In this document: piece after piece, positions 48,113 through 63,949 of the stretch
Layout of the letters: each line of letters begins with the position of its first letter
Position numbering within the stretch: the first letter of the stretch is position 1
Assembly (NCBI RefSeq): GCF_009914755.1
Contig: NC_060927.1
Reading direction: 5' to 3' (one strand)
Source of the DNA: the human T2T-CHM13v2.0 reference genome, Homo sapiens
Length of the DNA stretch: 64,000 nt
Program-made: the position numbers and the translations under genes
Notes under the pieces: generated by a model
What the model was told of the DNA's origin: nothing
What the model saw: only the letters and a program-made list of their open reading frames with translations
The model's database searches: none

Positions 48113-48989
48113 AATACAGCAGCCAATGGATTCATTCATCCTGCACTAAGTGTCCAATCAGCTGTGTCCAGGAGGATGTTTACAGGAAAAACATAGCCAC
48201 TGAGGCCTGCTCCCTCAGCTATGGGAAGAAAGTAGAGGGTTCATTTTCAGAGAAAAGGCATGGGCTGGGAGACACCTGCATTCATCCTGCCACTAGTCTC
48301 TGACACCTGCTATCATGTAGGTGTAAGCATTGGGAAGTGCAGGGCAGCAGACTTGCCTAAATAGGCACCAAGCCTAGTGCTCTCCCTTCCCCTCCCAAAT
48401 AGGGAATGAGTTCATAAACAGCACTGTTAATATTAATGCTAAGTTGGGGGAAAATAGCTGAGGCTGGAAGGTGAGTCTATTCATCCAGCTAAGTCAAACA
48501 AGAGTTTACTAACACCCTGTTTTCCCAGGCCTTGGGATAAGTGCTTAGCACAGGAACCAATCTATAGTCTAGAGAAGGATAAGACCTGCACATCCTGGAT
48601 AGCTGGAAAAAATGTAAAGAATCATTTAATCATTCATTCATTTATTCAACAAAAGTTTGCTGTGCACGTAGATGTACTAGGCTAGGTGATATTGCAATAA
48701 AATATGTAGAGTCACTGTGTTCATGGGGTGAGAAAAAGAAATAAGCAGATAAAGAGCAAAATAACAGATTATAAAATGGGCTATAAAGGAAAGGAATAAG
48801 TGTTGAGACAGAGAATCAGGTGTATGAATTGGCAGTGGCAGTGGTGGTGGTGGTAATCAGGGCTTGGAGTCAGGAGTTAGATTTAGGGTGCATGTGAGCA
48901 GTGTGGATGGAGAAATTTAAGAAGTAGTTGGATTTAAACCTGAGGATGGGGGAGAAGGTTTGGGCAGGAAGTGGAATACATAAATTATG

Positions 48990-49431
<442 letters not shown>

Positions 49432-49454
49432 TAGTTTAGAAGAAACAATCTATA

Positions 49455-49870
<416 letters not shown>

Positions 49871-52358
49871 AGCTGTCTTCCTTCTGTACCTGTAGAGTTT
49901 GTCATCACCTGCATATCTGTTCATTCGTTCACTCACTCAACTACAGTGCCTGAGTTCCGCTCCGTGCAGAGCACTGTGCTAAGCTCTGTGGGATATGGCA
50001 AACTAAGACTGACACAGACATTTCCCTGTGGGAACTCATGTCCATGGGGAATTGGCAGTGCAGTGTGACCCGGGTTGTTATAGGGGACGCACACAGGAGA
50101 GGCACTCAAACTAGGTTGGAAGGTCAGGGAAGGGTTCCTGGCAAATATGACCAAAGCTGAGATCTGGTTAGCCATGCTAAGGAGAAAGCAAGAAGCTTCT
50201 CAAGCATAGGGGACAGTAGCAGATGTCCAGAAATGAGACTGAGCACAGATATTTGGGAACCCATTTTGGAGGTAGGATTGATAAGGCTTGATTAAGGCTT
50301 TGGATATGAGTTTAAAGGGACAAATTAAGATTGTTTCTTAAGTTTTTGATTGGAATAGAGGGTTGTCCCATTTACACCAAGATGAAGAAGATTAATTAAT
50401 TGTTGGAACCGTTATTTTGGGGGCGGGGGTAGTGCAGGAGTAGATGAGATCAGGAGATGGGAAAGGAGGCGGAATTAAACCTATTTGGGACACATTAAAT
50501 TTGAGGTGACTTTAAGAGTCAACTGTTTAGTATGGAGTTAAATATAAAGTGAGGAACATCGGAGTAAAAATGGTAACTAAAGGTGAGTGAATGGGTGAGA
50601 CTGAGGAGAGAGTAGTGCTGAGCACTTGCTGTGTGCTGGATACCCTGAGGAACCCTGGGTGCCAGAGATGAGTATAAGACAAGGTCTGGTCTTCATAGAG
50701 CACATCACTTAGTGAGAGACATAGTGTAGGTAAGCAGACCACCTTAACTTTTTTTCTAAATGAGGTTGGAAGCCATTCGTGAATTTTAAGCTTGGGAGTA
50801 ATCTTGATTACATTTTAAAGAGATTACTCTGGTTGCTCTGTGGAGAATGATCTGTAGTGGGGCCAGAATGGAGAAAGGGAGGCTGATGCAAGAGATGAGG
50901 ATAGCCTTGACTAGAGTAGTGGCAGTGGGAAATGGAGGATTAAAATGAGATTTATGAAGGCAAACAATCAGTATGTTCTCTGCCAGTGGTGTTTTTTTTT
51001 TTTGTTTTTTTTTTTTTTTTGTAAAATTGGGATAATCTTCGTGTTTACCTCATGGGTTGTTGTGAGTATTAAATGGGCTGAATGTGTAAAGTACTTAGCT
51101 CAGTCAGTATTGGCATGTAGTAAATAGCTAATAAATGGTAGCTCTTATAATTACTGTTATTATTACTACAGCTATTTGATTACTGTTGTTGTTATTACTA
51201 CTGCTATTGGCTAGATCTGGAGGATCAGGGAGAATTTAGGAATGGCTGTAAGATTTCTGGCCTGTATGGCCTACTGGATGATGCTGAGATAGGGAACAGA
51301 AAATGCAGGTTTGAGACAAGGGAAAGTTGATGGGTTCTGACTTGGCAGTATTCAAGTACATGAGAGAGGTTGAGTAATTGGATGGAAGGTGATCTTGGCA
51401 GGAGATTCAGATTTTAGAGTTTCTGGCATATAAAGGTAATTGAAGTCGTGGCAGGATAGGAGAAATCATCGAGTAAGAATCTGAGAAGGGAGAAAAGGAC
51501 ATCGTTCAGAATCTGTAGGGATACCAACATTTATAGGAGAAGAAGAGGTGACTAGGAACAAATGGCTTTTTCTTTCTTTTTTGCTAATGGAAATGGAAGT
51601 AGAAGTTAGGCAAAGCAATAAGCAAACTGCATGAGGCTGAGCTAAGATTTGATTCTCTGCTTATGTCAAAGGCTCTTCCATGATAACACACGGCCTCTTC
51701 AGTATCATGTCCAGTGAACCAAGCCTCTTTCCTAGCTGCAATCTCTTAGCCTAGACTTTCCCTCCCTTTTTTCTCTGCCGTGATGAGGCTCTTGGGACGC
51801 TTTCTTTGACCCTGTCATGCCCATCCCTAGTCCAGGCTATGCTTAGTTTCTTCCTCTGCAATCACCCAAGCCCCGTACCTCTCCTGTATACCATACCTCT
51901 CACATTATGTCTCCCCACACCTCCCACTTATACCGAGGAGCGCTATGATAAATTGGAAACCATCTAGGATCCAGAACCAGACAAACCTTGGTTTAAATTT
52001 TGACTCTATCACTTAATAGCTAGTTGTCTTTGGATAGGCTTCAGCATCCTCATTTATAAAATTGGGTTTATCAGTACCTATTTTGTGAGTGGTTATAAGC
52101 ATTCCTGAAAATGTGTGTTATACCTGCCATATAGGAGACAGCTCTGTAAGTGGCAGCAACCATTACAGTTATTACATTAATTACTTTATTACTGTTACTT
52201 CCTCTAGTAGTCTGTCCTTTTGGCAGAGACCGAGTCTATCTCCTCATCATAATGAGTGCTCAGTAAATCTTAAATGAAGAAATAAATGAATGCATCTCAT
52301 AGGTATTAGCATTTTGCAGTGCCAAGGTAGACATTGTGCTAATGCTTTTTATTGTTAA

Positions 52359-52679
<321 letters not shown>

Positions 52680-53713
52680 TAGCTATTCTTCCATAGGCAC
52701 TAGTGAAAGGTAATACCAGGCATAGAACTGAGAAAAGAAATGTGAGTAGGCTGCCAGAGAGGGGCAGGGAGCGTGGCTGGAATTGAGCAGACTAGGGCAT
52801 ATGGATCAGGTCTGGGTGTTCAGAGAGTATCCTCTCTCCTCTCAAGGCAGCCTGAGCACCCCTCCTTTTTTCTGCCTGCTCCAGCTTCCTTCCTGGAGAA
52901 ACATCTACTGTGATCTGCCTTGGGGCTGAAGCTTTGGGGAGATTGTGAGATCCTGCATGGAAACAGCATGTTTTCCAGGCACCAGTGTCCTCAGTACCAT
53001 GGGTACTGAGTGCTGCGTGGAAAACACTTTGATGTATGAATACGTAAAGCATTAATACTCGTCTTTCTGATTCAAAAGTAATTTATAGTCAGCAAAATAT
53101 ATATATCTCTCTCCAGTAGTAGATTACATGAAGAGTAAAAGTCCATCTTTTCACCTCCTAGAGGTAACTGCTTTTAACAGTATGGCATGAAGCAATGTAG
53201 TCAATGGTTAAGAGAATGGGCTTTGAAGTTGGGTTGTCTAGGTTCAAATACCAGTGTTGCAATTTTCTAGCAATTTACTTAACATCTGTATGCCTCTGTT
53301 TTTTCTTCTGTAAAATGGAGATGATAACAATTGCACCTAACTCATAAGGTAATTGAGGCCATTAAATCAGCCAAATACATTTAGACTGTTTGAACACTAT
53401 CTGGCACATAGTAAGCACCCCAAAACTGCATTCTTTTATTCTGTTTCAAGCAGCTTTTGTAGCCTGGCTTTGTCTCAGAGCATGCCTTTGTGGTTTTGAT
53501 AACGGTTGAGTCTATAGCTGGTGGTCTCAGCCACATCGCAGAGGCAAAGGCCAGGGCTCACAAGTCCAGGTTTGGCTTTTTACTCACTGATTTGTGGCTA
53601 CACCTTCTTTTCTATGCAGGTTTTTGCATTTTTTATTAGTATGTGCTTTTGTCAGATGATCCTTATATTATGTAACCTTGTGGCTTTCCTTAATAAATAT
53701 TTTCTTTCATTAG

Positions 53714-53902
<189 letters not shown>

Positions 53903-55732
53903 TGATCTTTCTTTGAAATACTATGTGGAGAAGGGCTTGAGAGATGATGTGACCTGGCTGTCTCTGATGCGTCCAAACCAGATTTCCTCTGACTGGGTGA
54001 GACCCTTCTGGAAGATATACTATATGAGGGATGAGAAATGCAGACCAGCCCCACATCATGGTGTTACCATTTCTCAGCAGATAATAGGCACAGTATTTTC
54101 CAGATTCCAGATGTGCTGAGGCAGAACAAGGAGTACACAGATACAGACAGAAACCCATCCCAAACCACAAATGGACAAAAATCTACAAGGCAATGGAAGC
54201 AGGAGACTCTTTTCGCCTAAGTTAGATGGATTTCTTTAGCTGAAGCTTTTTGAGAAGATAGAATGTTTCTGTCTTATAAATTCCTTGATGATGCCAAGAA
54301 ACTCAGGCATCATAAAGGATTTTCGCTTTCCAGAATTTTCAGTAAGAATGACAGATGTTTCTCAGATAATTTTCAGGCATCACCACTTCTTCTGTTGTGA
54401 TTGTTATTCTCTGGCTCCTCTTTACTTGATTGCAAATTTAAAAGAACACTCTGGCATTTTAGAAATATGTAAGCTTTGTATTTGAGCCTTTGCAAGTAAA
54501 GAATAAAAAGAGAATAGTTTACAATTCAGCCCACAGAATACGTTAGAACACTATAGAATGCTGAGTTTAGGAGAAGGTTCACTCCATATTAATCTTTTAT
54601 TATACATGATTATGGTTAGAAAACGATTTGAGCTATGTTCAACACCAGCCATCTGTATATTTGACATAATGAACATGAGTCACAGAGTTTCAATTTTAAT
54701 TACAGTTTTTGTTTTGTGATGCTTTAATATATGTTTGCAGTGCTGTGCATGTTGGTTGGGAAGCATTTTGTAACTTGAAAAGGAGAAAGGAACTTGGAAT
54801 TCAGGTTTCTCAAATTACCAAAATCCTTCTGAGGAAAAATTGTATTATGTTGGCATGTGCTTTTTTTTTTTCGATTGGCAGTGTTGATGGAAGTTTCATC
54901 TATGTTATCTTCAGAACACATTTAGAGACTCCTACACCTCTGAAAACTTGAGAGTCAGTACTGTTTGGTTAATTTATACATTAATCAGGTGTGTATCAAT
55001 TATCAGCAATGTGCAAAGCTCCATGTATGCCACTCCCGGTATTGCAAAAAATTATAATCCACATTTCCTGCCCTTTTCCAGTTATATAACAATATCTGAG
55101 GGATGCCAAAAATCTTGTGTGGGGTAAATTTCCAGTTGAATGGTATAAAAAGTAGGTAGAATTTAGAGGAGGAAGTGATCCCATGGCCTGGGAGTTGGCA
55201 GTTGGAAGATCGAAGTGACCAGAGACAGTTGGACCAGACAGCCTCTCAGACATGTTTATGTCTAATGCCAATATAAGAAATCATAAAAGTGTAGAAGTAA
55301 GACTCCTCATTCTTGGGTTTGTTCTTTTTATCCCAAGGACTTTAAACATAGATCATAAAGTAGTAAAATCTGTTTAGATGAGACTTTGGGATAGAGAAAT
55401 GAAAGTTTGGAAAGGTCATAGCACTTCTTTCCTCTAAAATGGATATAGATGAATCTCAGCTTTTTTCGTATCGAACTCACGTTAGCACCATAGTTGGTAC
55501 TTACTGAATACTTTCATTTTAGATTTCTGATTGTCAGATGCACAGCAGTGATTAGTGAAGGAAATATCAAACCTTGCCAAGTCTTTGAGGTTTAAAATTA
55601 TCATTGATCTCATATGCATGATTGCATTTTATATTGTTGATTGCAAATTATTCTTATAATGGCCTTAGTGGGACACAGGAACTAAAAATACGTCCTCACA
55701 AACGCATCCTTGATTATGTTTTTCTATTTTAG

Positions 55733-55882
<150 letters not shown>

Positions 55883-55985
55883 TGACTTAGGTTTTATGTT
55901 TTAGAGCCAGTGGTGATGATTTATTTGTAGAACCAGTTGGCTTTGTGCCTTGATCCAGATAAACATTTCTAATGATAACTTGACT

Positions 55986-56288
55986 TTTTTTTTTTTTTGA
56001 AATGGAGTTTCGCTCCTTTTGCCCAGGCTGAAGTGCAGTGGCGGGATCTCAGCTCACTGCAACCTCCACCTTCTGGTTTCAAGTGATTCTTCTGCCTCAG
56101 CCTCATGAGTAGCTGGGATTACAGGCGCCCGCCACCACGCTTGGCTAATTTTTGTATTTTTAGTAGAGATGGGGTTTCACCATGTTGGCCAGGCTGGTCT
56201 TGAACTCCTGACCTCGGGATTCGCACCCCCCCCCGCAATCCGACTCCCAAAGTGCTGGGATTACAGGCGTGAGCCACCATGCCTGGCC
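55986..56288 (-). mobile_element. AluS (Sq/Sp-like) in MRPS22 intron 4
   Basis: Full dimer with an atypical C-run near 56226. Confidence 0.9.
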
Positions 56289-56529
56289 GACTTCTTTCTT
56301 AATAGAATCCTCCTTACCACCCAAGATGGGTTGTACTAGGGTTCTCTCATAATTGGCTTAGCTGGAATTTGAATCTAGGTGTGACAATTACAAAGCCTGT
56401 GTTCTTTCTTTATGCTTCTTGAGGAGCACAGAGTGGCCAGTATGTGGGTGGGCAGGCCTGTCATGACATCAGGACAGGTGCTGAACTTCAGTGTTCTCAT
56501 GTGATGCTAACTCTGCTGTGTGGTTTTAG

Positions 56530-56625
<96 letters not shown>

Positions 56626-57832
56626 TAGTTTCTAAAATATAGGCTTAAGTATGGTTATGAGTAAGATTTTTAATCTAGCTCAATGAATTTCGTTGTAAGT
56701 TTTGATACAGGGGAAAGGGAAGAGAAATACCTGAAAATCTATTGAGTACAGTTGTGTGCCAGATATATATTTTATAATCACAACAACCCTTGATTAAAGA
56801 TGAGGGAATTTAAGCTTGTAGAGTTAAGTAGCTTGCTGAAAGTTGCATAGCTACTAAGTGGTAGGGTTAGGACCCAAGTTTGATGACAAAGCCTATTCTC
56901 TTTTCAGTTTACCGTATAGGAATCAAATTATTTACTAAAATTTTGCTGAAGTACAGTGTGTTTGTCTTACAGCTCAGTAAGTATTCATTAGTACCTTCTA
57001 TGTGTAAGGTATTATCTTGGGTAGTATAGGTGATGCCACGAACTAGGATAGAGTATGCTGTGCCAAAGCCAGCAGTCCGGATATGGCTGTGGGGAAAGGT
57101 GCTAGTAAGTATACAAATAATTATCTCCTCAGGCCTAAAATGCTAGACACTAAGAGAAGATTACAAATTCTTTGAAGAAAGCCTTCATAGGGGTGTAAAG
57201 GAGGGTTCTAGAAGTGCAGGAAATGTTGTGGCAGGTGGAGCTGGGTGAGGTGTTTCAGGTAGAGAGAACAGTATAAGCAACAGGCAGGAAAAAAGGAGGC
57301 TTGAGAAACGGCCAGTGATCTGGTTTGCTTATATATGCCATGTATATGTAGGGGAGTGATTAAAGATTAAGTTAGGAAGGTGGATGTAGCCACATCATAG
57401 GTGACCTCAGATGCTAGGCTGAGGAATCTGGAATTCAGTCAGCAGACCTTTGAAAGCCTTTTGAACAGAGGAATGCCCCCATCAGAACCTTCATTTAGGA
57501 AGATCAATCTGGAAGGAGGACTGAAGGACCTTTAGTTAATAAGATGGAATGGGCTAGCTGGTAGAATAGGGTAGTTGATGGGGGGAGGGATAGGGGAAAG
57601 GGAGAGTAGTGAAAAAATACTTGATTTCTTTTCTGCCATAGTGACCAAGAAGTGGGTGCTACATTATTTCCAGTGGTCTCTATATGCATAATCGGTGCTT
57701 AATAAATTGTAGTTGGCCTGCCAAAAAGTACTTAATATGGCTATAAATGTTTGGTATTTTGCTTCAGGCTGCCACATACTTCTACAGTGGAGAAGGCACA
57801 GACTTGCTGTCATTTAGACAAATTCTTCTCTT

Positions 57833-57986
57833 TTAATTTTTTTAAAGACAGGGTCTTATTCTGTGGCCTGCCATGCCCAGCTAATTTTTTAAAAAATTTT
57901 CCTAGAGATGAGGACTGCTCAAGCAGTCCTCCCACCTCAGCTTCCCAAAGTGTTGGGATTATAGGCATGAGCCACTGTGCCTGGCC
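57833..57986 (-). mobile_element. Internally deleted old Alu (J-like) in intron 5
   Basis: Alu head and tail pieces only. Confidence 0.8.
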
Positions 57987-58199
57987 AAAATTCTTTCTTA
58001 ATAGAATCCTCCTTCCCACCTAAGGTGGGTTGTACTAGGAATGGTTTAAATCATACCAATTGGTTAATGATATGGAGGCAACTGTAAGTAGACCTGGTTT
58101 TACTTGCTTGGGCAGCACTCATGCTAATCAGTGTACGTTGAATAATGCTGCATACTTCTTATTTTCATGTTTCTGAAGAGTTGCATTTTATGTGGATAG

Positions 58200-58346
<147 letters not shown>

Positions 58347-59204
58347 TAAGTATGATCTTAGTAAGTGAAAGAATCATTCTTATTGCTCTAACAGTTCATC
58401 TGTATTTAGGCTATGGTATTTTTCCAGTGATAACAGTGTACTGTCTAGTGCTTGCTTACCTCAGTTTATGGATTTGTTCTTTTAGTATAACCTAGCTCTC
58501 CTAGTTTTTGCTTTTATATAAAGTGTAAGTAAGCCACTTACTTTCTCTTGAAAGAGTAAGTGGCTTTGGATCTGTACTGTAAACCCTCAATATTAACTTA
58601 TCCTGAGCTCACCAATGCTCCTGGGTTGCTGAACTTTCCAGATACCGAAAGGGGGATTAAATAGGAAATGTAAAGAAGTAGAAATAAGCTCTGTGGTTGT
58701 TTTCTGGTAGAACTATTTCTAGGGCTTTTCAGTAAACACCATCCTTTAACTTATGAAAATACTTTTGATATCCCTTGCTTTTGCAAGATTTTTAAGGCAT
58801 GAAAAAGTTAGCTTCTTTTCAGAGTAGCATGAAACAAAAAATACCTGTTGTATTTTAGCATCAAGCTGGTGTGCTCCCAGGCTTCTAGCTGGAAATAATA
58901 ATACAACTTGTGGTAAAACTGAAGAGAAAATAGTTTTTGAGCATCTTTCTATCAGTTGATTTAGGAAGGCCAAAATGACAAGGAAGCAGCATGGCTGTAG
59001 TAAGAAAGTCAACTTTCCACAAAAAGCCCTTGCTGGACTCAAGTCTGAACTACAAGACAGTTTTGAGATTATTGCCACCTTCAGACTGTTAGTTTTTGAC
59101 TCGCAGAGTATCCTAACATGTAATACAAACCATATACACAAAGGTAAGGCATGTGGAACTGAAAGTTCCACAGAACTTATTTTCAGAATAAAATCAGCCC
59201 ATAC

Positions 59205-60955
59205 TTGGAAAAAGGGCATCATTTCTCATAGAAACAATATTCCTAATGATGATGATTTCCAGGCTAGCCCATTTCACCAGCATATGTAGTGTAATAAAAA
59301 TCAGAGGGCAGAAATATACCTTCATACCCCATAATTGGGGGCTGGTGTTGATGGGGATGCTCAAGTGACTTGTCTTTATGTACGTTATCTCCTGTGAATG
59401 AATTTTCCACTTATAAAGTTTCTTGAGTTTAATCATTCTGAAATTGCTTTATTATTAAAACAGTATGTTCTTACAAAAAATTAGAGCAACGCAGAAATGT
59501 TTGAAAATTAAAGTTTATTAGGATATATTAATGTATGATATTATAGTATTACTCATCACATGTAAGCTTTACATCTGAAGCAATTCATGCTTACTGGGAG
59601 GGAAGTTTGAGTACTTACTTAGCTTTTCCTGCTATTCCTAGGTAAAGGCCCTCCTGTGGTCATTCTGAACAGAAGAGTGAGCTTACTGCAAACCACAGGC
59701 TGGACAGTAGAGGGTGCATATCCTCACTGAGTGGAGCTCAGAAAAGAATTAGGATTCTGCACACATTTATTCCAGACTCAGTTCCCACTGTTGGTTTTTA
59801 TATTGAGATTATTTTAAAATCTTTTCGAAATATAATTTATTTGCTCTTTAAGTATGGGTGGGGTGTTAAGCTAAATTTAAATTGTTCTGTGAGGCACAGG
59901 CATTATACTTAAGCATGAACCTAATGAAGCCCTGAACATACCAACAGGTAGCAGTCCAGTTAAGCTCTTTATAAGGCCACATGCCTAAGCTCCAAAGGGA
60001 ATCTTAATTTTTTATTGGGGAGACATTTCGTTACTACATTTAGTGGACTTTGTTAGATTATAACAAGCACAATAGATTTGTGATGAACATTTTTTATTTT
60101 TTTCCCCCTGAAAAGCTTTATGATACAACAGCTCTGTTTTCCTGAGAGATGGCCTTTAGGGTAGATGAGCCTCAGTATAAGCCCAGAGCATTTCTCTAAG
60201 GCTACCAAGGCTTGAGGAATTCTGTACTTACTCCCACTGTCACCCTGCTCTTCATCCCCCAGCTCAGGTAAGGGGAACGCAGGGAAGGCTGAAGAGTGCT
60301 AGCTGCGGAAGCACTGAATTAGGGTGTCCTCAGCCCTCCATTCCCAACTGGAAGCCAGTAGTTCACTTAGTGTATATAGCAGAGCCTCAAAAGCACAAGC
60401 ATTTTGAGTGTCGTTTTTCTGTGCCCTCCAGCGATGAGATGGCAAATGGTGGGAAAGTGTCAGCTGTGTGAAAAGATAGTGATTGTTTGGTTTTGCTAGG
60501 ACAGTTTTAATGTTGATAAAAATTGTTTATACATTTCTGAGAAGTACAGACCAGAAGAACTGAATTCTTGTTCTGTCTTCTTCATAGGTAGTTGTGTGAT
60601 GCTGAAGTTAAGACAGATTGCTGATGTAGAACCCGATTTTCCTTTTTGTCTGATGTGTGTGTATAATTTCAAATTTGCTTCACTAGGATGCTATTTTACT
60701 AATGCGTTCCTGTGAATCCTTTCCTTGGAATCTTAGGGGGCCTCTTGTAGAGGCATTTGTCTGTTAGCAAATGTCACTTAGAGGCAAGTGACTTTGAGAT
60801 CCCTGTGACCACCACCCTCCTGCTTATGTGGGATGAAGCTGTGTTTCTGTCCTCTGAGTTGGATTAGACTATTACATGCTGGTGAAGTAAGCTGGCCTGG
60901 AAATTGTCTACCATTAGGAATGCTGTTTCTGTGAGAAATGGTGCTCTTTTTCCAA
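59205..60955. repeat. Diverged inverted repeat pair of about 170 bp (59205-59375 and 60783-60955) in MRPS22 intron 6
   Basis: ttggaaaaagggcatcatttctcatagaaac aligns with the reverse complement ttggaaaaagagcaccatttctcacagaaac, and similarity continues throughout. Confidence 0.85.
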
Positions 60956-61208
60956 AAAGAATATAGCCACATTTGGAATATATTCACTTTCATAAATTGG
61001 ACACTTCCTGCAGTGACTCCTGCCCTAGCTGCCTCACGGAGTTGGTGTGAGGCCTAAATTAGTCAATTTTCCTGAAAATGCTTTTGAAACTGTAAAACTG
61101 AAGGTCCTTCCCCAATCCCTCCAGCCTGAGGAAAGTCTGAAATGTAATTTAGTTTGAAGTTGGCACACACTTTTATAGGACTGTGAATCAAATGAAGAAA
61201 ACCCCTAG

Positions 61209-61427
<219 letters not shown>

Positions 61428-62462
61428 TAAACAGATTTGTGAATATGGGACATCTGTGGTCTTGAAAACATCAGTATGATTTGTCCCCATATTTCTTCAG
61501 CCTGGACAATAGAAACAGACAGGGGAGGGGGGTAAAGTGCAGTAAAGTAGGTTGAGTGATGTGGTGCTAGCAGCTGGAGTCCAGAGAAGTTCTGACAGTG
61601 CAGGGAGCAGCCCCTTTGTTCTTTGGAGCACTGGAAGGGCTGAGCTGCATCTGAGGTGTTCAAGCCACCAACAGGACAGGGTAGAGGACTAAGTAGCACA
61701 TGTCCCCCAGAGCAGCTTCCTGTCTTTGTGTGGTCACATCACATCGGGGGAAATGGGCATGTGTCAAGAAGTGGAGAGTGTGATGCTTGTATATCATCAA
61801 GCCTTAGCTGTATTGTCATTTTGGAGCTGCATACCTCTCAAAACCATGGGCTTATGTACATTTATCTGTAAGTGCTGAGAGTTGAGATGATATTTTCAGG
61901 AAGGGAAGGGGAGGAGATTGTATAATTAATTTCATCTCTTCTAATGCTCAGAATATACATGGTTTTGTGGAACTGGCTTCTATCCTAGTAATACTGTTTG
62001 CATGCTGCAAAGCTAAGGAAACAATGACCTGTGATGACATCCTAGGAAGAGTAGAGAGAAACTACAGTACTGATTTTCTTTATGAACCTGATAAAGCGCA
62101 ATGTTTTTGGAGAAAATATTCTTTAAAGTCAAAAGTTAGTTTGGTAACTCTTAGCCTCCAGATTTCTCTCTAACCTAATGGTTTTTGTTTTGATCTCGAA
62201 GGAAGTATTAATATTAATACAATGTCAGGGTCTTAATTGGATACTTCTGGTGTTTAGAATTAGTATTGCTTGAAATGTGTTGGGTATTGTTTTTCTGTCC
62301 ATGTGTGTTTATTAATTATTGTATAATCGGGGGAAAAATTGTGAAATCTGAAAGCCCTTTTTAAGTAGGACTCTTTGCTACTACAGAAATGCTAATGATG
62401 TCTTAAAACTGAAAAACTTTATAAATAGCATATGTCCTATTGTTTTAAAATTTTCTTTTTAA

Positions 62463-62567
<105 letters not shown>

Positions 62568-62651
62568 AAATATTTTAAAAATACATTTATTTTACTAAAT
62601 ACTGACTACATTTCTCTGTTAATATTGAGCTAAATGTTAAAAAATGGCCAG

Positions 62652-62657
62652 ATTAAA
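62652..62657 (+). terminator. MRPS22: Probable MRPS22 polyadenylation signal ATTAAA
   Basis: First common hexamer, 85 nt after the stop. Confidence 0.6.
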
Positions 62658-63415
62658 AGATATCAATTTGTAGTTCTCCCTACAAAGCAAAAATTATTAC
62701 CCTACTCACTTTTCGTAGGCTACAAGGATATTTGAGTGCCTGGTTATGAATTTCTCAAATCATGTTAGATGAGCGTACGGTTAAAAAGTCTGGTGTGTTT
62801 TTGTGTTACCAAATAGGGCAAACGTTAACTTAGACAGACCCCCAGCTTAATGAGGTCAGAGGAACAGAGGTTTCACATCCTGACTCCAGAAATGGGTAGC
62901 TGCTAGACAAAATCGGGGCAAGACCTGTGGAATGATGCAATGAGGTCAAGAAAAAGGGTTTAGAGAATTACAGCCTGGATATTCAGCTCTAAGAAAAATG
63001 TGATTGACAACATTTGAAAATGCAGATTTAGTTATACAAAGAAAAGACAGTGGGGCTGATCCCTAGGCAAGGTGTAGTTTCGGCTCAGCCTTCTAAAACT
63101 AGAAGCCTATTTTCATTATTGAGAAAGGAAACAAGTACCTTCATTAATTCAAAAGGTTTTATGAGATATGGTCTAATAGTATGAAAAAAATCAAAGCCCA
63201 TGTCTGTTTTAGTTAACAAGGAAAACACAGTGATTTAAATGCTGCACATAAACTCTTCTTAAGATGATGTGGGCATTGTGCTCCCAGTGGTCCACAGCAT
63301 TTACATATAAAAATCTAAGAAGTTTCTCATAGTCCAAAGCACTGTGGTCAGGGTAGCAATCAATACCTATATATAATAATGATCTGTTTAGTCAGGTAAA
63401 TGGAAAGCATTACAG

Positions 63416-63511
63416 TCAATCATCCAAAATATCTTCATCCAGATTGATATCTGTTGTGTCAATATCTTCTAATTCCAAATTATCCAAATCTACTTCTAGT
63501 TCGAGTAAACT
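63416..63511 (-). CDS. COPB2: COPB2 (coatomer beta') last coding exon
   Basis: SLLELEVDLDNLELEDIDTTDINLDEDILDD*; acceptor cttttgtctgcAG. Confidence 0.95.
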   Translation of the reverse strand, partial: SLLELEVDLDNLELEDIDTTDINLDEDILDD

Positions 63512-63752
63512 CTGCAGACAAAAGGAAGAGGGTAATTAAGTTTTACAGTACTGTTAAAGGAAAGTTATCCGTGGGTTCATGATTCAAAGTGAGAACTAAG
63601 ATTTTCTTAATAGTCAAAAAGAGCATCTTCCCATTTCAAAGCCCCTGCTCTGAAACTGATGTCACTTAAACCACAGAGGCCTACGTATCCTCCAGATATT
63701 GATGGGGAGGAAGATGGGGTAGAGGGAGGTTTGAGTATGATGTCTGACCTAC

Positions 63753-63824
63753 CTTTTCTTCTTTGTTGGCTGTGTGGGAGGCCACAATAACCGGAGTAGG
63801 AGAAGCAGGTTTCCCATCAAGTTC
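63753..63824 (-). CDS. COPB2: COPB2 penultimate exon
   Basis: ELDGKPASPTPVIVASHTANKEEK; 72 nt; tttcAG / GTAGGT. Confidence 0.93.
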
Positions 63825-63949
63825 CTGAAACCACAAGTGAAGATATATATGAAGACAAGGGAATTTACTCGGGAATTTAAAGTTTTCCCCCAAGAAAAGG
63901 ATGATCAGAATTAGGAAGTGGGAGATGATGTTTAAAAGTGAACCATCTC

